DNA from: Polyangiaceae bacterium | GTDB lineage: Bacteria > Myxococcota_A > Polyangia > Polyangiales > Polyangiaceae | Assembly: GCA_041389745.1 (NCBI GenBank) | Contig: JAWKRF010000008.1 | Coordinates: 216,500-280,499, forward strand | Direction: 5' to 3' | Length of the DNA stretch: 64,000 nucleotides | Shown here: positions 1-10,287 of the stretch, one piece after another | Layout of the letters: each line of letters opens with the position of its first letter | Position numbering within the stretch: the first letter of the stretch is position 1 | The notes under the pieces: model-generated | Database searches by the model: none | Told to the model about the DNA's origin: nothing | The model's input: only the letters and a program-made list of their open reading frames with translations | Position numbers and translations under genes: made by a program

Positions 1-35
1 CTCCCCATGGTGGGTGGCTAGTTTCCGCCCGCCGC

Positions 36-62
36 TTAGCACTCGTCCGAATCGACTGCTAA
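36..62. promoter_or_regulatory. CIRCE inverted repeat (HrcA operator) upstream of groES
   Basis: TTAGCACTC-N9-GACTGCTAA read directly. The consensus is TTAGCACTC-N9-GAGTGCTAA, so there is one mismatch in the right arm. It lies 150 nt upstream of the groES ATG. Confidence 0.8.
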
Positions 63-211
63 CAACGGCGACGATTCTCAAACTAATTCGGGGTGTTACC
101 GGTTCCCTGCGGGCTTGTTCAGTGAGCTCGTCCAGAGGGGCCTAGCCGGTTTCTACCCTTGAACATCAACGGCCCTCGAGTGGGCCTTGGACGTCAGAGG
201 AGAGCAACGAC

Positions 212-502
212 ATGAACATCCGACCGCTGCAAGACCGCGTGATCGTCAAGCGCGTGCAGGAAGAGGAAAAGACCAAGGGCGGCATCATCATCCCCGATAG
301 CGCCAAAGAGAAGCCGATCGAGGGCAAGGTGATCGCCGTCGGAAACGGCAAGGTCCTCGAGGACGGCACCGTGCGTGCGCTCGACGTGAAGAAGGGCGAC
401 GTCGTCCTCTTCGGCAAGTACGCCGGCACCGAGGTGAAGCTGGACGGCGAAGAGCACCTGATCCTGCGCGAGGACGACATCCTCGGCGTCATCGAGAAGT
501 GA
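212..502 (+). CDS. groES: co-chaperonin GroES (Cpn10)
   Basis: 96-aa [18 protein letters not shown]...GKVIAVGNG, typical GroES length and sequence. It ends 20 nt upstream of groEL. Confidence 0.97.
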   Translation: MNIRPLQDRVIVKRVQEEEKTKGGIIIPDSAKEKPIEGKVIAVGNGKVLEDGTVRALDVKKGDVVLFGKYAGTEVKLDGEEHLILREDDILGVIEK

Positions 503-519
503 ATCACCGGAGGAACTGA

Positions 520-2145
<1,626 letters not shown>

Positions 2146-2317
2146 GATCGCCTGGCAGGGCTCAGCAGCCCGCTAGTTCTGCCGAGCCCTGAGGTTGGCC
2201 TCAGAGCTGTCACGGAGCCAGTTCCCGCACGGAATTGGCTCCGTTGGCATTTTGTACAAGCTGGCGCAGGCCGCCCTGGAGGAACATTCGAAGGCCCTGT
2301 GCGTAAGATGCAGTCCG

Positions 2318-2914
2318 ATGCGAGTGTCGTTCCTCCCGCTCAGCCTGCCGACTCTGGGCGCGGCTCTGCTTCTGGGCGCGGCTCTGCTTCTGGGTGGCTG
2401 CGGCGCCAGCAACACCGACAATTTCGAGCGCTTGCAGGCAGAGCAGTCGAGGCTCAACGCTCGTCAGCATCGGCTCGAAGACGAGCTGAAGCGAACGCAG
2501 GCGAAGCTCCAGGACCAGGAGCGGATGAAGCTGGATCTCGAGCGAACCCGGCAGGAGGTCGCCGACCAGAGCCGCCGCATCGACGAGCTGCAACCAGAGC
2601 CTGCTCCCCAGCCGCTCAGCCCGGCGCTCCTGGCCAGCGCCAAGCTGCCGGTGGACGACGACGCGTGGAGCTGCGCGGTGGTGTGCCTCGAGTCCATCGA
2701 CTGCCAGAAGGACACCGAAGGTGGGAAGACTACCGCGCACTCCAAGCGCACTCTTCACCGCGCCATGGGTACCGGAGATACCGCGGGCCGCGCGTACGTG
2801 CGTGCCATCGACGCCTGTCGAGACGGCGCCACCGCCTACCACTCCGTGGAGTGTCAGGGCGGTCGCATCAGGCGGGTGGAACCCACCTTGGACAACTCCT
2901 GTATCCACAACTAA
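2318..2914 (+). CDS. hypothetical lipoprotein with a coiled-coil segment and a Cys-containing C-terminal domain
   Basis: In frame of ORF 2195..2914. ATG at 2318 gives MRVSFLPLSLPTLGAALLLGAALLLGGCG (signal peptide plus lipobox). A heptad-like charged stretch (LKRTQAKLQDQERMKLDLERTRQEVADQ) follows. Function unknown. Confidence 0.5.
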   Translation: MRVSFLPLSLPTLGAALLLGAALLLGGCGASNTDNFERLQAEQSRLNARQHRLEDELKRTQAKLQDQERMKLDLERTRQEVADQSRRIDELQPEPAPQPLSPALLASAKLPVDDDAWSCAVVCLESIDCQKDTEGGKTTAHSKRTLHRAMGTGDTAGRAYVRAIDACRDGATAYHSVECQGGRIRRVEPTLDNSCIHN

Positions 2915-3033
2915 AAGGCCAGGCGAGTTCTCCGTCGCGAGCGACTGGGCGGCGATTTGGAAACGTGGCGACGCCGCTTGCGAGTCGCCGCTACGTGCCG
3001 TATGTGCAGCCAGTTGTCGTGCGACCAGACTTG

Positions 3034-3471
3034 ATGGCTTTCTTGATTCGCGTCTCCAGGTGCTCCTTGCCGCTGCTAGCCTTGGTCGCCCTGGCTGGCT
3101 GTTCCGCCGACAAGGATCCGCCCTCCAACGAGTGCCCGGGACCACAAGCTACATTTGACGTGCGGATATTCGCCATGGACGGGCCCCTGCCAGACGATAC
3201 CCGGGTGGACGTGATGTTCAGCTCGGGAGAAGAGGTGTATCGGCTGGACCAGCCCGAGGCGCCCCTCGAGGCGGTGCGCTGCTCGAGAGAACTCGAGGCG
3301 GATCTGCCTGTCGCGCTGGAGTGCGCGCTCTGGACGAACGGCCCTGCCAGCGTGACGGTCACTGCGACCGGCTACGCGGACCTTCAGCAAGAGCTGGTCC
3401 ACGAGCACGACGAGTGTGGCATCAAGACGGTGTCCGCGGAGCTGGAGCTGATGCCGCCCCCCGTCGAGTAG
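3034..3471 (+). CDS. hypothetical lipoprotein
   Basis: 3-prime part of ORF 2299..3471. ATG at 3034 gives MAFLIRVSRCSLPLLALVALAGCSADKD (lipobox). The upstream part of that ORF is Arg/Pro/Ala-rich frame shadow. Confidence 0.5.
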   Translation: MAFLIRVSRCSLPLLALVALAGCSADKDPPSNECPGPQATFDVRIFAMDGPLPDDTRVDVMFSSGEEVYRLDQPEAPLEAVRCSRELEADLPVALECALWTNGPASVTVTATGYADLQQELVHEHDECGIKTVSAELELMPPPVE

Positions 3472-3593
3472 CTGAGCAGCGCTCGCGTCCTGGCAGCCTG
3501 CCAGGGCGAAGCCACGGGCAACCACGAACCCTGAACGCAGCGTTTTTGGTTTGCCTCAGCCCTGCGGCCGGAGCCGTGTGGCAGACTCCACTC

Positions 3594-6101
3594 ATGAGGA
3601 AGTGGGTAGCGACGTCATTGCTCGGGCTGCTGGCTCTGGGGTGTGGAAGCGACGACACGAGTGAGGGCCCGCAGGGCCCCCCGGAGTTGGTGAGCGAGGA
3701 CGCTCGGGTGCTGATCCACCTCGATCCGTTCTACGTGGAGATCTTCCGACCGGACGGGTCTCTGGTGTTGAAGACCATGCAGGGCGGGGACAAGGATCCT
3801 TACGGCGCCCCGTCGGCGACCATCGATGAACCCTTGGCTCTCGCTCGACCCCTGCCTGGCTGGGATGGCTATCTCGCTCAGGAGGGCGCCTGGCGCCACG
3901 GCGTCACTGCCAAGCTGATATCGCGCGGAAAAGAGCGTGTGGAGCTGGAGCTCGAAGGCAAGGACTTCGTCGCCGACTTCGCCGTCGGGTTGACCGATGC
4001 GCGCGTGCGCTTCGAGTTCGCGGCGCGGGAGCAGGCCGATCCGCAAGCAGAGAACCCGCTGAACAAGGCCACCATCGCCTTCGAGAGCGCCGGCGACGAG
4101 CACTTCTTCGGCATGGGAGAGCGCTTCGCCACGACCGATCATCGAGGCTGGTCGCTCTACAGCTGGCCGGAGGAGGGGGCGCTCGGTCGCGGCGAGAACG
4201 CTCCCGTCGAGGAGCAGAACCCGTTCCCCAACGGACCTTCGATGACCTACTTCCCGGTGCCGTTCTTCCTGTCGACGCACGGCTACGGCATGCACCTCGA
4301 CACGACGTTTCGCTCCGAGGTGCACTTCAATAGCGAGCGCGACGATGCATATCGGGTGGCGGTCAATCAGCGCGCGTTCAACGCCACCATCTATGTCCAC
4401 GAGGATCCGCTCCTGAGTCTGCGTGACTACACCGCCGACAGCGGTCGGCCGATCATCCCCGCCGATTGGGTGTTTGGGCCACGGCGACGCGTCGGGTCGG
4501 GTTCGATGGTGAACGGGGTGCCCGAGATCCAGGCGATGCGCGATGCAGACATCGCCATCACCGGCGTCGACGACTCCGTGCACTTCCTGCCCGCGCTGTC
4601 TCAGACGGGGCGTGAGGACGAGCTCGCCGCCTGGACCAAGGCGGGGCACGCCGCGGGCTACAAGGTGATGGCGTACAACAACCCCTACGTCGCGCAGTCG
4701 GACGACAACGCGGCCGCGGACTACGCCTACGGGGTCGAGCACGGGCTGTTCGTGAAGACTCCAGACGCCGACCCGTACCTCACCGAGTTCATCTCTGGAA
4801 AGAACCTACGCCTGGCGACCATCGATCTGACCAACCCTGAAGCGGTCACCTGGTTCCAGAGCCTGCTCCAGCGCACCCTGGACCTCGGCTACGACGGCTG
4901 GATGCATGACTTCGGCGAGTACATCCCCCGCGACGCCACGCTGTTCGACGGTCGACGCGGCGATGAAGTCCACAATGAGTTCCCAGTGCTGAGCGCCAAG
5001 GCAGCCCATGAGCTGATGGAGCGAGAGCGCCCGGGTGATTACCTGTACTTCGTGCGGTCGGGCGGCAGCGGTACTCAGGCGTTCACGCCCGCGGTGTGGG
5101 GAGGCGACGCCGAGGCCACGTTCGACGAGACCCAGGGCTTGCCGTCATCGGTGCGTGGAGGCTTGAACCTGTCGATGTCCGGCGTGCCCTACTGGGGCAG
5201 CGACATGACTGGCTTCAAGTGCATCACCAATTTTCCGCATGACAAAGAGGTGTACCTGCGCTGGGTGCAGTTCGGGGCCGTTTCCCCCATCATGATGGAG
5301 CAGAACGCCTGCTCCAACCCCACCGCGTCAACCAAGCCGACCAAGTGGAACCTGTGGGACGATCAGGAGACGATCGACGTCTATCGGAAGATGGCGCGCT
5401 TTCACACTCGGATGATGCCCTACTTCACGGCGCTAGCGCGCCTGGCGAACGAGCAGGGCACGCCCATCACCATGCACCCTTGGCTGCTGAACCCGAAGCA
5501 GAGCGAGGCATACGCCATCGAGGACGCGTTCTACGTCGGGCGCTCGCTCTATGCACTCCCCATCGTTCGCCGTGGGGAAACGCAGCGCGTGACTTGGCTG
5601 CCCCCGGGGCGCTTCGTCGACATCGAAGATTTCAGCGTCCATACCGGAGGCCAGCAGGTCACGATCCCGGCGCCTCTCGACAAGCTGCCAGCGCTGCAAG
5701 TCGAGAACACGATATTGCCGTTGCTCGATCCGAGCATCGACACCCTCGCGCCCGCGGAAGACGCCAGCGTCGTCACGCCCGCCGACGTGGCCGATCGCCT
5801 GGACGTCGTCGTCGTACTTTCTCCCGGAGGAACCGCGAGCTTCACGCTGGCCGACGGGACGCTGCTAGAGGCCTCGCGTGTCGACAGCGACGCAGGAAGC
5901 GGGGGCCTCAGCGAGGTGGGCGAGGGCGAGATCAGCGACTGCGCCGCTTGCTACGTGACCAGCAGCGAGGGAGAGGTCCAGCGCCTGCGCGCCAACAGCG
6001 AGCTGGCGAAGGAGAGCGAGCTCGATGTCGGTGACGTGAAGCTGAAGGTCACGGGCAGCGTCGCTCGGCGTATCCGCTGGGATATACGCCGGCTGCAGTA
6101 G
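3594..6101 (+). CDS. glycoside hydrolase family 31 (alpha-glucosidase/alpha-xylosidase-like), lipoprotein
   Basis: Frame of ORF 3321..6101. ATG at 3594 gives MRKWVATSLLGLLALGCGSDD. The YDGWMHDFGEY region resembles the GH31 catalytic nucleophile motif, followed by GGDAEATF and MEQNAC-type segments. Size fits GH31. Confidence 0.8.
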   Translation: MRKWVATSLLGLLALGCGSDDTSEGPQGPPELVSEDARVLIHLDPFYVEIFRPDGSLVLKTMQGGDKDPYGAPSATIDEPLALARPLPGWDGYLAQEGAWRHGVTAKLISRGKERVELELEGKDFVADFAVGLTDARVRFEFAAREQADPQAENPLNKATIAFESAGDEHFFGMGERFATTDHRGWSLYSWPEEGALGRGENAPVEEQNPFPNGPSMTYFPVPFFLSTHGYGMHLDTTFRSEVHFNSERDDAYRVAVNQRAFNATIYVHEDPLLSLRDYTADSGRPIIPADWVFGPRRRVGSGSMVNGVPEIQAMRDADIAITGVDDSVHFLPALSQTGREDELAAWTKAGHAAGYKVMAYNNPYVAQSDDNAAADYAYGVEHGLFVKTPDADPYLTEFISGKNLRLATIDLTNPEAVTWFQSLLQRTLDLGYDGWMHDFGEYIPRDATLFDGRRGDEVHNEFPVLSAKAAHELMERERPGDYLYFVRSGGSGTQAFTPAVWGGDAEATFDETQGLPSSVRGGLNLSMSGVPYWGSDMTGFKCITNFPHDKEVYLRWVQFGAVSPIMMEQNACSNPTASTKPTKWNLWDDQETIDVYRKMARFHTRMMPYFTALARLANEQGTPITMHPWLLNPKQSEAYAIEDAFYVGRSLYALPIVRRGETQRVTWLPPGRFVDIEDFSVHTGGQQVTIPAPLDKLPALQVENTILPLLDPSIDTLAPAEDASVVTPADVADRLDVVVVLSPGGTASFTLADGTLLEASRVDSDAGSGGLSEVGEGEISDCAACYVTSSEGEVQRLRANSELAKESELDVGDVKLKVTGSVARRIRWDIRRLQ

Positions 6102-6125
6102 GTGTGGCTGCCTGACGCGAGTCCT

Positions 6126-6160
6126 CACCCCCGAACCCGCTCTCGCTGGATCCGGGGGTG
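6126..6160. repeat. hairpin CACCCCCG-N19-CGGGGGTG between convergent genes; contains a copy of the CTCACCCCCGAAC motif
   Basis: 8-bp perfect inverted arms at 6126-6133 and 6153-6160. It sits between the GH31 stop (6101) and the stop of the minus-strand gene (6206) and may act as a terminator. Confidence 0.5.
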
Positions 6161-6205
6161 TCGATCGCTGGGCTGTTTGCCTGGGGGGCGAGGACCGCCA
6201 GGTGC

Positions 6206-8101
6206 CTATCGAGCAGACCGCCGACGGCGCCGCAGCACCACGGCGCCCAGCGCAAAGAGCAACCCTGCCAAGCCGCCAGGTGCCTTCTGGCCCGGGGTAC
6301 TACAACCGCAGCCCCCACCCTCGACGCTGTCCGTTCCCGCATTGGACGCGCCAGCGCCTGCCGTGCCCCCCGCGCCGAGGCCGCCGGTTCCGCCGCTGCT
6401 GCCGCCGCCCACCGAGCTGCCCCCGCTGGCGCTACCGGCCACGGAGCCGCCCGCCGTGCCACCATTGCCGCCGCTGGTCGCGCCCGCCGAGCCTCCGCTC
6501 GACATGCCCGCCGCGCCGCCACTGGTCGCGCCTGCGCTGCCTCCCGCGCCACCGCTGGTTGCGCCTGCGGTTCCGCCAGCTCCTGCGATGGCTCCGCCGA
6601 CGCCACCGCTGCTGGCACCTGCGCTGCCACCCGTGGCTCCGCCGCTGCCGCCGCTGCCGCCGCTGGTACCTCCGGTTCCGCCCGCGGTGCCGCCGGTTCC
6701 GCCACTGGCCGCGCCTGCGGTTCCGCCCGTGCCTGCACCGCCACCGGCGCCTCCGGTCCCACCGGCGCCTCCCGTGCCGCATCCGTTGTCGAGGAAGCCG
6801 TCGCAGTCTTCGTCGACGGTGTTTCCGCAGACTTCCATGCTGCCGGTGCCAGGCACCGCGTCGCAGGTGACGCCGGTCATCACACCATCACAGACCAGGA
6901 AGCCGGCCGCCATGCAGGCGCCCATGCCGGCGCTGCAACCATCACCCAGCGTCGGGAAGTCCTCGTCGGTGCTGCTGTCGCAGTCGTTGTCCTTGGCGTC
7001 ACACAGCTCCGTTGCCCCGGGGAAACTCGTGGCGTCGTTGTCATCGCAGTCGATGCTGCCGTCGTCCTCACCCGCATCGAGGCAGTCACCGTCGTTGTTC
7101 GCGTCCTTGCCAATCTCGCAGACGCCGTCACCATCGTCGTCGATGCGGTCACCGCAGTCCCCGCTGGGCACGCCAAGACCTGCGATCTCGTAGATCTTGT
7201 TGGTTCCGCTGATGTACAGCGAGTAGCCGCTGCCCGACGAGGAGGGGCCGATGCCAATGTCGGAAGCTTCGTTGCTCGCGAAGCCGGAGGCCACCAGCTC
7301 CTGCTCGCTGGCGTCGTCAATCCGCTGGTTTCCGTTGCTGTCGATCAGCCGGAAGACCTGGCCGGTGTTGTAGGAGGCGACGTAGTAGACGCCCTTGGCG
7401 AAATCGTACGCGCCGGCGTACAGCTGGGTGCCGCTGATCTGGGCGTACTGGGTGATCTGCCCGTCGGGAGCCATGCGCCAGACGGTGTCCTGATCGGCCG
7501 CTCGCGCGGACCCGTCCGAGATGAAGAACACGTTGTTGCCACCCGCCTCGATTTCGTCGACGTCCTGAAAGACGAAGGGAGTCGAGTTGACCTGGGTGAT
7601 CACGCCGCCCGGAGAGACTCGGGACAGGCTCTTGGAGGTGTCCGAGGCGTAGAGATTGCCCTGGCAGTCGAAGTCCAGGCCGGCGGCGTTGCCATCGGCG
7701 CCGTCATCGAGGCTCGCCAGATCGCTCTGAGGCGTGCCGTCCAGGGCAAACCGCTGGATCGGCGCGGGGTTCGCGCCCGTGCTGATCGCGTAGAGAAGGC
7801 CGTCGGGGCCGAGGCGCAGGTCAGAGAGCACCCCGTTGAATGTGCCGACGTTCTGCGCGATGCGGCTGAAGCTGTCATCGGTGTGGAGCACGTAGAGATC
7901 CGTGCCGCCGCCAGCGATCACGAACACCCGCCCGTCCGCGCCTACGTCCAGGCCGTGCAGCGTACCCGCGCCCGTCAGCGTCACCGTACGCGCCAGGCTG
8001 AGGTCGCTCACCGTGGTGGTCTGCGCGTGAGCAAGTTGAGTGATTCCAAGCACCCCGAGCGCCGCCAGCGCGGTGTGGGTGAGCGTTCGTAAGTTCTTCA
8101 T
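6206..8101 (-). CDS. secreted beta-propeller protein with MopE-like Cys-rich repeats, long Gly-rich spacer and MYXO-CTERM tail
   Basis: ATG at 8101 gives MKNLRTLTHTALAALGVLGITQLAHAQ (signal peptide). Repeated blade-like segments follow (GxDGxLY, GNLYASD). Next are the CDDNDATSFPGATELCDAKDNDCD metal-binding-type repeats and a spacer of more than 150 aa rich in G/S/T/A. The protein ends GGCGCSTPGQKAPGGLAGLLFALGAVVLRRRRRSAR. Confidence 0.8.
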   Translation of the reverse strand: MKNLRTLTHTALAALGVLGITQLAHAQTTTVSDLSLARTVTLTGAGTLHGLDVGADGRVFVIAGGGTDLYVLHTDDSFSRIAQNVGTFNGVLSDLRLGPDGLLYAISTGANPAPIQRFALDGTPQSDLASLDDGADGNAAGLDFDCQGNLYASDTSKSLSRVSPGGVITQVNSTPFVFQDVDEIEAGGNNVFFISDGSARAADQDTVWRMAPDGQITQYAQISGTQLYAGAYDFAKGVYYVASYNTGQVFRLIDSNGNQRIDDASEQELVASGFASNEASDIGIGPSSSGSGYSLYISGTNKIYEIAGLGVPSGDCGDRIDDDGDGVCEIGKDANNDGDCLDAGEDDGSIDCDDNDATSFPGATELCDAKDNDCDSSTDEDFPTLGDGCSAGMGACMAAGFLVCDGVMTGVTCDAVPGTGSMEVCGNTVDEDCDGFLDNGCGTGGAGGTGGAGGGAGTGGTAGAASGGTGGTAGGTGGTSGGSGGSGGATGGSAGASSGGVGGAIAGAGGTAGATSGGAGGSAGATSGGAAGMSSGGSAGATSGGNGGTAGGSVAGSASGGSSVGGGSSGGTGGLGAGGTAGAGASNAGTDSVEGGGCGCSTPGQKAPGGLAGLLFALGAVVLRRRRRSAR

Positions 8102-8255
8102 CGCCGTCTCCCAGAACGAAAAGGTTCCAACCGTCGCGCAGTATAGGGGTTCTCTGCCACTGACCGAACCGGAACCTGACAAGGCGAGCCAGCGGTACTA
8201 GAACCGATGCGCTCCAGGCCTCGGGGGAGCTGCCTGTGGAGCGCCGGCGACTCTC

Positions 8256-9404
8256 ATGGGAGGCAGGATGATTCAACGCAGCGGATACACCAGCGATACA
8301 ACTGGGCTCGAGCGCCTCACGGACTTCGACGAGGCGTGGCTCGTTTCGGGACACGGACCGAAGCTGAAGGCGATTCGCAAGGCGGCGTTCGGTCTACGGG
8401 AGCGTCTCGCTGCCGGCCCCAGAGTGGTGGCGGTGCGTACGCTGCCAGTGGCGACGCTGGCCTACCCAACCAAGTACGCGTTCTGGTCGGCTCCGCTGCT
8501 GCCGTTTCCGTACGTAATCATGAAGCACCAGTGCCTCCTAGTGCAGTTCCTTCAGCGGGGTGAGCTGAAGAACTTGCTGTTCAATCCGACGGATGACATC
8601 GCTTCCCGGGCGACGCCGTTCTTCAAGCGAATGATCGAGCAAGTGGGCGAATACGTCGCGTTCAACGTCCTGCAGCAGAAGTTCGACACCCTGGAGTCTC
8701 AGCTCGCCGAGGTGGGGCTGGAGCCCGCGGACATCGACTACGTGGCGTTCGACCACTTCCACACTCAAGACCTGCGTGGTCTGCTCGGGACTCGGACGGG
8801 GCGGCCGTCGCGCTTCCCCAGCGCCACCCTGCTTGCCCCAGTGCGCGAGTGGGACGACTGGGATGACTTGCATCCGATGCAGAAGGCGTGGTTCGTCGCA
8901 GACGGCAAGCTCGATGTGAACACTGCTCGAGTGCTGCTCACGGACGGTGACCTGTCGCTGGGAGACGGCTTGGTGTTGGTTCGCACCCCTGGTCATACCT
9001 CGGGGAACCAAACGCTGTTCCTCAACACGCAGGACGGCGTCTGGGGGTGCAGCGAGAACGGGACCTGCGCCGACAACTGGAGTCCCCTGGACAGCAAGAT
9101 CCCGGGTCTCGCGCGGCTCTGCCGCCAGCAAGATCTGGATATCGTGATAAACGCCAATACGCCTGAGCTGGGGGCCCTGCAGTACACGTCGATGGTGCTC
9201 GAGCGAACCTTGGTCGACCGGGTGGAGTACGCCCCGGCGTTCGTGCAGATGTTCGCGTCCAGCGAGGTCCAGGCCTCCGCGTTGGCGCCTGGCTTGAAAC
9301 CAACGGTAGCCTTCGAGAAGCTGCAGTTCGGCCAGGTCACGCGTCCCGTGCGAAGCCGTGGGAGGTCGACGGACGTGTCGCTTTCGACTTCGGTGGCGGA
9401 GTGA
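8256..9404 (+). CDS. metallo-beta-lactamase-fold protein (variant motif)
   Basis: VAFDHFHTQDL resembles HxHxDH with the last His missing. LVLVRTPGHTSGNQTLFL is typical of the MBL third metal-binding region. Start could be 8256 or 8268. Confidence 0.55.
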   Translation: MGGRMIQRSGYTSDTTGLERLTDFDEAWLVSGHGPKLKAIRKAAFGLRERLAAGPRVVAVRTLPVATLAYPTKYAFWSAPLLPFPYVIMKHQCLLVQFLQRGELKNLLFNPTDDIASRATPFFKRMIEQVGEYVAFNVLQQKFDTLESQLAEVGLEPADIDYVAFDHFHTQDLRGLLGTRTGRPSRFPSATLLAPVREWDDWDDLHPMQKAWFVADGKLDVNTARVLLTDGDLSLGDGLVLVRTPGHTSGNQTLFLNTQDGVWGCSENGTCADNWSPLDSKIPGLARLCRQQDLDIVINANTPELGALQYTSMVLERTLVDRVEYAPAFVQMFASSEVQASALAPGLKPTVAFEKLQFGQVTRPVRSRGRSTDVSLSTSVAE

Positions 9405-9714
9405 AGAATGGGGTCTTGCGCGAACGCCAGCGCTGGCCGATTCGGACACCCCATGGGGTGAGGTCGACCCGTCAATCACTGGAGTACGCGCACAGATCTT
9501 GGTTCCCCAAGGATGTGAGTCGACGCAGGGGAGGTTGCGTCGGTTTTTAAGGTGGGTGCGGTTGATTCGAGAGGTGACCGAAGAACTCCAGCGGTTCCGA
9601 GAGGTTTGTTGTCATGCGTTCGCTGGATCTCGAGTTTGTGTGGTTTTTCTAGCTACCAATCTCGTCGTCTAGGAGTGGCCAGCCGCAGACGTTGCGCGGT
9701 AGGCTCACCTGACG

Positions 9715-10287
9715 TTGCGACACTATATCACCACCCACGAGGTCGCTCGACTGGCACACGTAAGCCCGTCGACGGTGCTCAATTGGATCGATCGCGGGTT
9801 GTTGCCCGCGCATCGAACTCCGGGAGGACACCGTCGAGTGCAGCGCGATCAGTTGATCGGGTTCCTGCGCGAACACAACATGCCTCTGCCTGCACAGCTG
9901 AGCGAGGTCCACAAGCTGCTGATCATCGACGGGGACGCCTCGACGTTGCGCGGCGCCCTGGAGGCGCTGAAGCAGTGCGCCCCGCAGGTCGAGGTCGAGG
10001 GCTTCGCCAATCCCATCGACGGATTGCTGGCGTGTGGGGCTAGTCCCCCGGACGTGCTCCTGCTCGACGCCGCGCTGGGGCACGTCGACGCGCTCGAGGC
10101 GTGCCGGCGCTTGAGCACCGGGTGGGATCACCCGGTGCGTGTCATCGTGACCAGTCGCACGCCCTCGGACTCTCAGCGCGCCGCGTATCTGCGGGCAGGC
10201 GCCCAGGGCTATCTGCCATCCCCGGTCGAGCCCAACGACCTGCTCAAGCTCCTGGGCTTGATTGAAGACATCGCCGCGCGGCAATGA
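9715..10287 (+). CDS. excisionase/MerR-type HTH fused to a response-regulator receiver domain
   Basis: TTG start. ITTHEVARLAHVSPSTVLNWIDRGLLPAHRTPGGHRRV is an excisionase-family HTH. It is followed by LLIIDGD...VLLLDAAL...VIVTS...GYLPSP receiver-like strands. Confidence 0.7.
   Translation: MRHYITTHEVARLAHVSPSTVLNWIDRGLLPAHRTPGGHRRVQRDQLIGFLREHNMPLPAQLSEVHKLLIIDGDASTLRGALEALKQCAPQVEVEGFANPIDGLLACGASPPDVLLLDAALGHVDALEACRRLSTGWDHPVRVIVTSRTPSDSQRAAYLRAGAQGYLPSPVEPNDLLKLLGLIEDIAARQ

Noticed and set aside
2299-3471. 390-aa ORF spanning two lipoprotein genes.
   Set aside because: The first ~245 residues are an Arg/Pro/Ala-rich shadow overlapping the 2318-2914 gene in another frame. Only the part from ATG 3034, which starts with a lipoprotein signal, looks like real coding sequence.
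6330-6785. Collagen-like or independent Pro-rich protein genes in the glycine-rich tracts (plus-strand ORFs 6102-7193 and 25596-26207 translate as polyproline-rich proteins).
   Set aside because: There is no G-X-Y periodicity on the coding strand. The Pro-rich ORFs are the reverse-complement reading of GGN-rich codons in genes that have proper signal peptides and sorting tails.
9358-9672. 104-aa ORF in the lower-GC intergenic region between the MBL-fold gene and the HTH-receiver gene.
   Set aside because: It overlaps the end of the upstream gene. It has Arg/Cys/Trp-rich composition unlike neighbouring proteins and no recognisable motif. The region is more likely regulatory.
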